A stretch of 64,000 nt of DNA, taken from contig CBDDIJ010000003.1 in NCBI GenBank assembly GCA_965228855.1, positions 736,001 to 800,000 on the forward strand. The letters run 5' to 3'. Position 1 is the stretch's first letter. Every line of letters starts with the position of its first letter. The notes under the pieces are model-generated. The model saw only the letters and a program-made list of their open reading frames with translations. It made no database searches and was not told where the DNA came from. Positions 19,057 through 26,708 of this stretch are shown in pieces. A program made the position numbers and the translations under genes. The DNA is from Candidatus Obscuribacterales bacterium. Lineage in GTDB: Bacteria; Cyanobacteriota; Vampirovibrionia; Obscuribacterales; Obscuribacteraceae.

Positions 19057-21198
19057 ATGAAGAGAAGGACTTTTCTGAAGCGCGCCATTTCGCTTGTGGC
19101 ATTGGGAGGGGTTTCGCACATGAGTACAAGTCAGTCGATTGCAATGACGGAGACACTGGGACCGCTTCTGGCAGAGTGGACCGGGGACCATGGCGGAATT
19201 CCGCGCTTTGACCTTGTGAAGGTTGGCGACTTCAAAACAGAGCTCTTGAAAGGAATGGATTTGAAACGAGCTGACATTAAGCAAATGACCGAGCAAAAAA
19301 GCATGCCGACCTTTGAAAACACTATCGCTGTTTTTGAGGATATTGGTCGTCCCTACAGTCGAGTTAATCGCTTCTTCGACGTCTACACCGCGACGATGAA
19401 TGATAAAACGATGCAGGGGATTGAAACCGAAATGCGTCCTTTGATCGCTCAGTTCGAAGACGAAATTATTCAGAACGATCCCTTATTTCAACGGATAAAA
19501 ACTGTTTATGACGCGCGTGAATCTTCGAATTTGACAGACGAACAGAAACGACTGGTGGATGTTTACTACCAGATATTTGTCCGTCAGGGAGCCGGTCTTG
19601 ATGAGTCGAAGAAGAAGCGTATAAGAGAGATTAACGAGAAGCTTGCTAAGTTGTTCACGAAATTCAGGCATCATTTGCTTGCCGATGAGGAGAAGTACAC
19701 GCTCGTCATCGACAAGGAAGAAGATCTTGACGGGCTTTCGGAGGACCTTCGCAAAGCTGCTGCCCAACAGGCAGAAGCTCATAAGATGCCGGGTAAGTGG
19801 GTAATAACGAATACGCGTTCCTCGATGGAGCCGTTCTTGTGCTTTTCGACTCGGCGCGATCTCCGCGAAAAAGGTTGGAGAATGTGGACCAATCGTGGCG
19901 ATAACAATGATGAGAACGACAATAAAGCCACGATGTCCGAAATTTTGAAACTGCGCGCTGAAAGAGCCAAGATTCTTGGTTTTGCAACGCACGCGGATTG
20001 GGTTCTTGCAGACAATATGGCGAAGACTCCTGCAAACGCTCTCGACTTGATGATGCGAGTTTGGAAAGCAGCAACTCAACGAGTCAAGGAAGAAGTTGCA
20101 GATATGCAGAAGATCGCTGATGACGAGAAGGCAAACATTACGATTGAACCCTGGGATTATCGCTTCTATGCGGAGAAGGTTCGCAAGGCGAAATACGATC
20201 TCGATCAAAATGAAGTCAAACAGTATTTGCAGCTAGACAAAATTCGTGACGGAATGTTCTTCGCCGCCAAACAAGTCTACGGAATAGACATGGTAAAGGT
20301 CGATGGATTGCCGGTCTGCCACCCGGACGTCACTGTCTACGAAGTGCGAAAAGGACCGAAGCAAATCGGACTCTGGTACTTCGACCCTTACGCTCGCGAT
20401 GGAAAACATTCGGGCGCATGGATGAGTGAGTACAGAACGCAAGAGCGCTTCAGAAAAGAGATCATGCCTATAGTCTCGAACAATTCGAATTTCGTGAAAG
20501 GAAAACCGGGCGAAGCTGTTTTGATCTCATGGGATGATGCTACAACGATGTTCCATGAATTTGGTCACGCGCTTCACGGTTTGCTTTCCAATGTCACATA
20601 TCCATCGCTTGCAGGAACAAACACAAAGCGAGATTTCGTTGAGTTCCCTTCGCAGGTCAACGAGCGTTGGGCATTGACCAATGAGGTGCTTGGAACCTAT
20701 GCGTTGCATCATAAAACTGGTGAACCGATTCCCGCCGCGTTAGTCGAGAAAATAAAGAAGGGCAAGACGTTCAACTCGGGTTTCACAACTGTTGAGTACC
20801 TCGCGTCCGCGTTGTACGACTTGAAAATTCACCTCGCTGCTACGCCGGATGAAACCATTGATCCAGGAGAATTCGAGAAGAAAACGATGGCTGAGATTGG
20901 TTGTCCCAAGGAAATCGTGATGCGTCATAGACCGACGCAGTTTTCCCATATATTTGCCGATGACGGTTATTCGTCAGGGTATTACGTTTACATCTGGGCT
21001 GACACAATGTCTGCGGACGCCTCGGAAGCTTTTGTCGAAGCCGGCAGCTTCTACGATCGCAAAACTTGCGACCGCTTCCGTGACACCATATTCAGTGTAG
21101 GTAACTCCGTTGCTCCCGATGTGGCGTTCAAAAACTTCCGCGGACGGGATGTCGATACCAATGCATTATTCCGCGACCGCGGCTTCCCTGTGTCCTGA
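19057..21198 (+). CDS. dcp: M3A metallopeptidase (peptidyl-dipeptidase Dcp-like) with a twin-arginine signal
   Basis: FHEFGHALH, DFVEFPSQ, GAWM, GYYVYIWA; N-terminal MKRRTFLK plus hydrophobic stretch. Confidence 0.9.
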   Translation: MKRRTFLKRAISLVALGGVSHMSTSQSIAMTETLGPLLAEWTGDHGGIPRFDLVKVGDFKTELLKGMDLKRADIKQMTEQKSMPTFENTIAVFEDIGRPYSRVNRFFDVYTATMNDKTMQGIETEMRPLIAQFEDEIIQNDPLFQRIKTVYDARESSNLTDEQKRLVDVYYQIFVRQGAGLDESKKKRIREINEKLAKLFTKFRHHLLADEEKYTLVIDKEEDLDGLSEDLRKAAAQQAEAHKMPGKWVITNTRSSMEPFLCFSTRRDLREKGWRMWTNRGDNNDENDNKATMSEILKLRAERAKILGFATHADWVLADNMAKTPANALDLMMRVWKAATQRVKEEVADMQKIADDEKANITIEPWDYRFYAEKVRKAKYDLDQNEVKQYLQLDKIRDGMFFAAKQVYGIDMVKVDGLPVCHPDVTVYEVRKGPKQIGLWYFDPYARDGKHSGAWMSEYRTQERFRKEIMPIVSNNSNFVKGKPGEAVLISWDDATTMFHEFGHALHGLLSNVTYPSLAGTNTKRDFVEFPSQVNERWALTNEVLGTYALHHKTGEPIPAALVEKIKKGKTFNSGFTTVEYLASALYDLKIHLAATPDETIDPGEFEKKTMAEIGCPKEIVMRHRPTQFSHIFADDGYSSGYYVYIWADTMSADASEAFVEAGSFYDRKTCDRFRDTIFSVGNSVAPDVAFKNFRGRDVDTNALFRDRGFPVS

Positions 21199-21219
21199 TC
21201 TATATGCATTAGAGCTATC

Positions 21220-21269
21220 ATCATCCTAAAGGATGATTTTTGAGGGCGGTGTCCGTTATGCGGGCACCG
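21220..21269 (+). terminator. Two hairpins after dcp, probable terminator region
   Basis: ATCATCCT-AA-AGGATGAT followed by a T run (21220-21241) and CGGTGTCCGT-TAT-GCGGGCACCG (21247-21269). Confidence 0.4.
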
Positions 21270-21395
21270 TTCAGCGTTTGCGGGGATAAACGATTATTGC
21301 CGGATGACCGAACGGTCGATGAACGGTCCAAAAAGAAGCGGTAGGCTAAACCTTGTTCACCCGCTGGTGAATCGCTTACAAGGAATCGTTCGACA

Positions 21396-22568
21396 ATGGA
21401 AACATTCAATTTCATTCCCGCCTATCCGCCACTTCCCTTTCCGTTGCCGGTGTGGCTGATGCAGACGCTTTTGATCGCCGGCTTCTTTTTACACGCCTTG
21501 CCAATGAATGTGGTTTGGGGCGGCTCCGTAATCGGCGCGGTGATGTTTTTCCTTGGACGCAAGGATACCTCTTCCTACACATATAAGAGTGCTAAGGCGC
21601 TGGCGATTTCCTTGCCGCTGTTTATTTCCTTCGCGATTACTCAGGGAATTGTCCCGCTATTGTTTTTACAACTGTTGTACGGACCGGCGTTCTATTCGTC
21701 TTCCATTATTATGGCTGCTCCCTGGCTGAGCCTGCTCGCCATTCTGATCGTCAGCTATTACATCGCTTATTACATCATCTATCGAGTGCTTAAGAACGAT
21801 TTCGGAGCAAAAACCGCAATCAAGGCCTCGGTCTGGATGGTAATTATGAGTATCGGTTTTGCCGCGATCGCGTCTATTTTTTCAAACAACATGACGCTGA
21901 TGCAGACACCGGATAAGTGGATGCCACTCTACTCCAACAATCCTCATGGTTTAAACCTGAATTTGCATGAGCCTCAGTTGCTTCCGCGATACACGCACTT
22001 CTTCGTATCGTCTATCGCTGTTACCGGCATGACTCTTGGATGTTTCGGACTATATCTGACCAAACGTAATGCCGAATTCTCAACATGGCTTTTGAAGCTA
22101 GGCTCGCGAATATTTCTCGGTGCCACCATTCTTCAAATACCGGTAGGTCTGTGGTTCCTGAAAGCATTGCCGCAAAGTCATATGGCTGCTTTCATGGGTG
22201 GAGACCAGCTTGTGACCGGAGTTTTCATAGCATCGATGGCACTGATGCTGGTATCAATTCTGGCAACGGCTATCTCGTCTGCAAGTGGTGACCGCCGGCT
22301 GTTCATTGCAGGTCTGGTCTCCAACGCGCTTTTGATTCTGGCAATGATTGTCAACCGGCATCAACTCAGACTGATGTATCTGAATCCGCATGTGCAACCG
22401 GATACGGTGGCGGTTAGCACTCAGTGGGATCTGCTGGCAATTTTTCTTGTTTCGACTGTGGCACTTATTTTATATCTCGTTTGGCTCAGCCGTCTGGTCT
22501 ATACGGCTTTCCATACCGAGTCTCCAGCCGTATCAAATCCGGCATCTGCAAATGTGGCGTCTACCTGA
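21396..22568 (+). CDS. Divergent CydA paralog (second subunit of a cytochrome bd-like complex)
   Basis: About 9 TM helices; FFLHALPMN, FAITQGIVPLLFLQLLYG, NNMTLMQTP, PRYTHFFVSSIAVTG and NRHQLR follow the order of CydA motifs. Confidence 0.7.
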   Translation: METFNFIPAYPPLPFPLPVWLMQTLLIAGFFLHALPMNVVWGGSVIGAVMFFLGRKDTSSYTYKSAKALAISLPLFISFAITQGIVPLLFLQLLYGPAFYSSSIIMAAPWLSLLAILIVSYYIAYYIIYRVLKNDFGAKTAIKASVWMVIMSIGFAAIASIFSNNMTLMQTPDKWMPLYSNNPHGLNLNLHEPQLLPRYTHFFVSSIAVTGMTLGCFGLYLTKRNAEFSTWLLKLGSRIFLGATILQIPVGLWFLKALPQSHMAAFMGGDQLVTGVFIASMALMLVSILATAISSASGDRRLFIAGLVSNALLILAMIVNRHQLRLMYLNPHVQPDTVAVSTQWDLLAIFLVSTVALILYLVWLSRLVYTAFHTESPAVSNPASANVAST

Positions 22569-22582
22569 GAAGTGATCTAACA

Positions 22583-23197
22583 ATGAGCGATAAAGAAAGT
22601 ATTGAAGATAAACCAGTCGCAGAGCCGGCACCAGTCGGTTTGTGCGGAAAATCAGAGCCCTGCTCCGGACCAAATAGCTGCGGCGGTAAGAGTTCGTGCT
22701 CAGAGCATGTCGACCCTGATGCAGATCCAGCTGCCTATCTGGATGATGACTATGACGAGGTTCTCAGTCGCTCTGACTTCATGCGAAAAGCCTTTGGTGG
22801 CACTGTGCTTCTATGGGGTGGAGTGGCTTTAGCTCCGATTGTTGCATATTTAACGCCGCCTCCTGGAGAGGACAAAGAAGCCGCAAAGGTGACCAGCGTC
22901 GAAGTATGCAAAGTGTCGGAGCTTCCAAAGGGAACCGGCAAAAACTTTCGGTTCGGCTCCTTTCCTGCAGTCGTGATAAACGATATGGAAGGTCAGCTTC
23001 ACGCTTTCAACGCGATCTGCACACATCTTGGTTGTACCGTGCAGTTCCGAGCCGACAAGCAATGTATCTATTGTGCATGTCACGGCGGAGAATACGATGC
23101 TTCGACCGGAAAAAACATTGCCGGACCTCCGCCTAAACCGCTGCCGGTTCTAAAAGTTGCGATCGTTGACGACAAAATTGTCGTGTCTAAAGCCTAA
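22583..23197 (+). CDS. Rieske [2Fe-2S] subunit of a cytochrome bc-type complex
   Basis: CTHLGC and CACHGG boxes, GPPPKPL; Tat-like SRSDFM plus TM helix; ATG at 22583 follows the upstream stop. Confidence 0.95.
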   Translation: MSDKESIEDKPVAEPAPVGLCGKSEPCSGPNSCGGKSSCSEHVDPDADPAAYLDDDYDEVLSRSDFMRKAFGGTVLLWGGVALAPIVAYLTPPPGEDKEAAKVTSVEVCKVSELPKGTGKNFRFGSFPAVVINDMEGQLHAFNAICTHLGCTVQFRADKQCIYCACHGGEYDASTGKNIAGPPPKPLPVLKVAIVDDKIVVSKA

Positions 23198-23209
23198 AGG
23201 AAGTTCCCA

Positions 23210-24307
23210 ATGGTATCAAATCACTCTCATCGCCAAGTTCAAGAGCAAGGCATTATTCAATATATCGAAGAGCGCCTTCCCATCGATGGTTTACGTGAGT
23301 TAGCCGAAAAGAAAAAGGTTCCGCTCCACAAGCACTCCATCTGGTACTACCTTGGTGGCATAGCTGCAATGCTTCTCGGCGTGCAATTTCTAACTGGAAT
23401 TCTACTGATGGTCTATTACGTGCCGGAGATCAACTCTGCGCATGCGAGCATCCTGAAGCTCAACTCTCAGATAAATTTCGGTTGGTTCGTACGTTCGCTG
23501 CACAGCTGGGGCGCGAATTTGCTCATTCTTGCTCTGTTTGTTCACATGTTCAGCGCGTATTTCATGAAGGCGTACCGGAAGCCCCGTGAGTTAACATGGT
23601 GGTCCGGGCTGCTTCTGATGGTTATTTGTCTTGCTTTCGGCTTCACCGGCTACCTTTTGCCGTGGGATGAGGTTTCCTTCTTTGCCACAAAGATAGGGCT
23701 GGATATAGCCGAGAAAATGCCGGTTTTAGGGCACATGGTGTCCTATATGCTGCGCGGCGGAGATTCAATCACGCAGGCGACGATATCGCGGTTCTTCGTG
23801 ATCCACGTTGCGATTCTACCAGTGCTGCTCGTCGGTCTTCTTGGTGGACACCTGTTTCTGGTTCAAGTTCATGGCATCTCAGAACCTGACTCGTTCAAAA
23901 AGCTTCCACCGGAAAAGAAATCCTACGAGAAATTTTTTCCCACATTCTTCTTCAAGGACATACTTGTATGGGTACTTGCAATTAACGTTCTTTTCGGTTT
24001 AACAACCCTCTGCCCGTGGGGATTGGGACCGGAAGCCGATCCGTTTGCTGCTGCTCCTATCGGGATAAAACCTGAGTGGTATTTCCTTGCACCATTTCAG
24101 TTTTTAAAACTGATACCGCCCATGGTAGGTCCCATCGAGGGAGAGCTCTTTGGAATTCTTCTCATGTCCGTCGTAGGTGTTGTATTTGTCGCAGTGCCGT
24201 TCTTCGATAACGGCACATCCAAATCCTATGCTAAAACTGCCACTATTTTTGGTTGGCTGATTTTGGCTGGTTTGATTGGTTTCAGTATCTGGGGAGCTCT
24301 GTCATGA
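23210..24307 (+). CDS. Cytochrome b (b6 and subunit IV regions in one chain)
   Basis: WYYLGG, RSLHSWGAN...VHM, GYLLPWD, RFFVIH-x14-H, PEWY motif. Confidence 0.96.
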   Translation: MVSNHSHRQVQEQGIIQYIEERLPIDGLRELAEKKKVPLHKHSIWYYLGGIAAMLLGVQFLTGILLMVYYVPEINSAHASILKLNSQINFGWFVRSLHSWGANLLILALFVHMFSAYFMKAYRKPRELTWWSGLLLMVICLAFGFTGYLLPWDEVSFFATKIGLDIAEKMPVLGHMVSYMLRGGDSITQATISRFFVIHVAILPVLLVGLLGGHLFLVQVHGISEPDSFKKLPPEKKSYEKFFPTFFFKDILVWVLAINVLFGLTTLCPWGLGPEADPFAAAPIGIKPEWYFLAPFQFLKLIPPMVGPIEGELFGILLMSVVGVVFVAVPFFDNGTSKSYAKTATIFGWLILAGLIGFSIWGALS

Positions 24308-25689
24308 ACTATCCGTTATGGGTGGTGCCGGTATTAGGCGGCACTTGGGTCGTCGGAATTATTTCCATCATCCACGTATATCTTTCTCACTTCGCTGTAG
24401 GTGGTGGCATCTTTCTGGCACTGGCTGAAGAATTAGCTTATCGACGTAAAGATGAGCGAATGTACGAGTTCTTACAGAAGCACTCTCGCTTCTTCCTTCT
24501 GGTAACCACTGTCGCTGGCGCTGTTACTGGTGTAGGAATCTGGTTCTCGATCAGCTTGGTCAGCCCTGACGGTATCCACTCGCTTATCCAGAGTTTCACT
24601 CTTGCTTGGGCTGAAGAATATCTCTTCTTCGTTGCTGAACTTGCGACTGCCTTTGCCTACTACTACACGTGGGGAAAGATATCGCGCGAGCAGCACCTTT
24701 TCCTTGCGCGTCTGTATGCGATCTTCTCTGTTTTCACGCTGGTGATAATTAACGGCATCCTCACATTTATGTTGACGCCCGGTAAGTGGCTGACTACTCA
24801 CAACTGGATGGATGGGGTTTTCAATCCAACCTATTTTCCATCGCTATTCATAAGACTTTTAATCATGCTTGCGATTGCCGGTATGTACGCGTTGATTACG
24901 TCGTCCATGATCAAGGAGTCGAAGTTCCGGACAGTCATGGTGCGATATGCAGCAAAATGGCTCTTGCCGGTATTTCTCCTTGGACCGGTTGTGACTATTT
25001 GGTTTTTAACCCAGGTCCCTCAAGCGTCTATCGAGACCATTTTCACAGGGATTCAAACATCAGGAGTCGGCAATTTTTCGATTCTCGCTCGAGCGCTTTA
25101 CTTGAGTCTGGTGCTTTCCGGAACAATTCTGATATTTGCCTTCTTCGGACCGTACCTTAACCCTCGAGCATTTACTTTCAGAATCGCTTTACTGTTCCTG
25201 GTCTGTGGTCTCGGGGCGACCGCCAGTACCGAGTGGATGCGCGAGATGCTGAGGAAACCGTATGTGGTGTACAACTATCTCTATTCAAACGGTCTTCATA
25301 AGGATGATGTAGCCTCAATTGCCCAAACCGGTTTTCTGCCGAAGAGTAAATGGTCGCGTGCCATCACCGATAGTTGCAAGGACGATACCGCATCTGGTGA
25401 AGCTATTTTCCGGTACCAGTGCATGTCGTGCCATACCGTAGAGGGCTATCGTAGTATGCGTAAGCTGCTGGGCGCTCGCGACGAAGATGCCATAATGAGT
25501 CTGCTGAGCATCCTCAGAGAAACAGATCCGAAGAAAAATAATTACTCCGGCATCATGCCTCCTCTCGCCGTAAATTCTGAAGAGCAGAAGAGTCTGGCTA
25601 AATACCTGGCTACGTTAAACGTAGCAGCGCGAGGCGAAACCGAGAAGGTAAGCGCGTTGCCGCATGATGACAAGAAAAAGCCGGAATAG
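24304..25689 (+). CDS. Cytochrome bd-like oxidase subunit I (CydA-like) with a C-terminal fused cytochrome c
   Basis: IHVYLSHFAVGGG, WAEEYLFFVAE, INGILTFMLTP, EWMREMLRKPY; C-terminal CMSCH and GIMPP; ATGA overlap with the cytochrome b stop. Confidence 0.88.
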   Translation: MNYPLWVVPVLGGTWVVGIISIIHVYLSHFAVGGGIFLALAEELAYRRKDERMYEFLQKHSRFFLLVTTVAGAVTGVGIWFSISLVSPDGIHSLIQSFTLAWAEEYLFFVAELATAFAYYYTWGKISREQHLFLARLYAIFSVFTLVIINGILTFMLTPGKWLTTHNWMDGVFNPTYFPSLFIRLLIMLAIAGMYALITSSMIKESKFRTVMVRYAAKWLLPVFLLGPVVTIWFLTQVPQASIETIFTGIQTSGVGNFSILARALYLSLVLSGTILIFAFFGPYLNPRAFTFRIALLFLVCGLGATASTEWMREMLRKPYVVYNYLYSNGLHKDDVASIAQTGFLPKSKWSRAITDSCKDDTASGEAIFRYQCMSCHTVEGYRSMRKLLGARDEDAIMSLLSILRETDPKKNNYSGIMPPLAVNSEEQKSLAKYLATLNVAARGETEKVSALPHDDKKKPE

Positions 25690-25753
25690 TTGTTCGGCTA
25701 CTCCGGACTATCAAAATACATCGAGCGTTTGTAGTATCTATTGTTGAACAGCG

Positions 25754-25975
25754 TCAGGTCGGGGTATCTTTGCCGGCAAGCAAAATCGCACCGCCTATGG
25801 TGACCAGGATGCCTATAACCAGAATGGGTGTGCCGAATACGATTTCCTTGCACATTATCAAATTCATTCCAGTAAAGGATCTTTCAATGCCGACGAATAG
25901 GAGTGAGAGTGGAATTATCTTCCACTGTCCGCTCTTGGAATACCATCGAGATTTTGGAGTCGATGTTTCATTCAT
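25754..25975 (-). CDS. Small membrane protein
   Basis: 73-aa ORF with two hydrophobic stretches in an otherwise empty gap. Confidence 0.5.
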   Translation of the reverse strand: MNETSTPKSRWYSKSGQWKIIPLSLLFVGIERSFTGMNLIMCKEIVFGTPILVIGILVTIGGAILLAGKDTPT

Positions 25976-26133
25976 TTTCTTAGTCTCAATAGCCGAGGTC
26001 TGTACTGACCTAGTTTCAATATAGTAGGGCCGTATTGGTGCGACCTCATCCGAAAGGATGATCGCAAATAAGTCCCGGGAATGATGTTTGGTTCTATGCG
26101 GGCTGTCAGGATTTTTAAAGTCCGGTCTCAGCG

Positions 26134-26550
26134 GTGAGCAGAATTTCTATGTTTCTGAAGCAGATCCTAAGTTTCGTTCTTGCTGTTGCAGCGGGTCTGA
26201 CGGTGTCATCGTGCCAGAGTCGACCAGCCGTTGACTGGGTCTCCACCACCGGGGTTGTTAAGGACATAAAAGGGATTAGTCCGGAAGGCAACGCTGCAAC
26301 TAAGAGAAAACAGCCGCTCTTCGTTATCGTTAGCTTCAAATACACTTATAAAGACCAGGACTATGAGGGATCGCAGACTGTCAGCATCAATGCTCCGATG
26401 CACTTTCAAGTCGGACAGACGATTGCTTTGAAGGTGAACGCAAAGGATCCAAAAAAGGTAAATATTGACTTGCCGCCAGGACCGCCGGACAGGACCGGAC
26501 TGACATGGCGTCAGCTTCCTGAATACACTCGCGACACCGGGCGCCCGTGA
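26134..26550 (+). CDS. Putative lipoprotein with a DUF3592-like OB-fold
   Basis: Lipobox-like VSSC; WVSTTGVV...FKYTYKDQDYEG...VGQTIALKVNAKDP. Confidence 0.65.
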   Translation: MSRISMFLKQILSFVLAVAAGLTVSSCQSRPAVDWVSTTGVVKDIKGISPEGNAATKRKQPLFVIVSFKYTYKDQDYEGSQTVSINAPMHFQVGQTIALKVNAKDPKKVNIDLPPGPPDRTGLTWRQLPEYTRDTGRP

Positions 26551-26560
26551 ATAGATAGTT

Positions 26561-26652
26561 CGCGACGACACGCTCGCGACTACCCGCTCGAAACGACACG
26601 CTGGAAACGACACGCTCGAAGCGACACGCTTGAAACGATATGCTTGAAACGA
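26561..26652. repeat. Degenerate 14-bp tandem repeat, ~6.5 copies
   Basis: Units CGCGACGACACGCT / CGCGACTACCCGCT / CGAAACGACACGCT / GGAAACGACACGCT / CGAAGCGACACGCT / TGAAACGATATGCT / TGAAACGA. Confidence 0.9.
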
Positions 26653-26708
26653 AGAGCCTCATCGATAGATGAAGCTCTACGTCGCAAGCGAGGTAAAATT
26701 TGCGGGAT

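Noticed and set aside
19483..20208. 241-aa - strand ORF
   Set aside because: Antisense shadow of the M3 peptidase
22424..22582. N-terminal extension of the Rieske ORF in the ORF track
   Set aside because: Overlaps the upstream gene; ATG 22583 fits the operon spacing
26561..26652. Possible CRISPR array
   Set aside because: Units are 14 bp and contiguous with no spacers; no cas genes in the window
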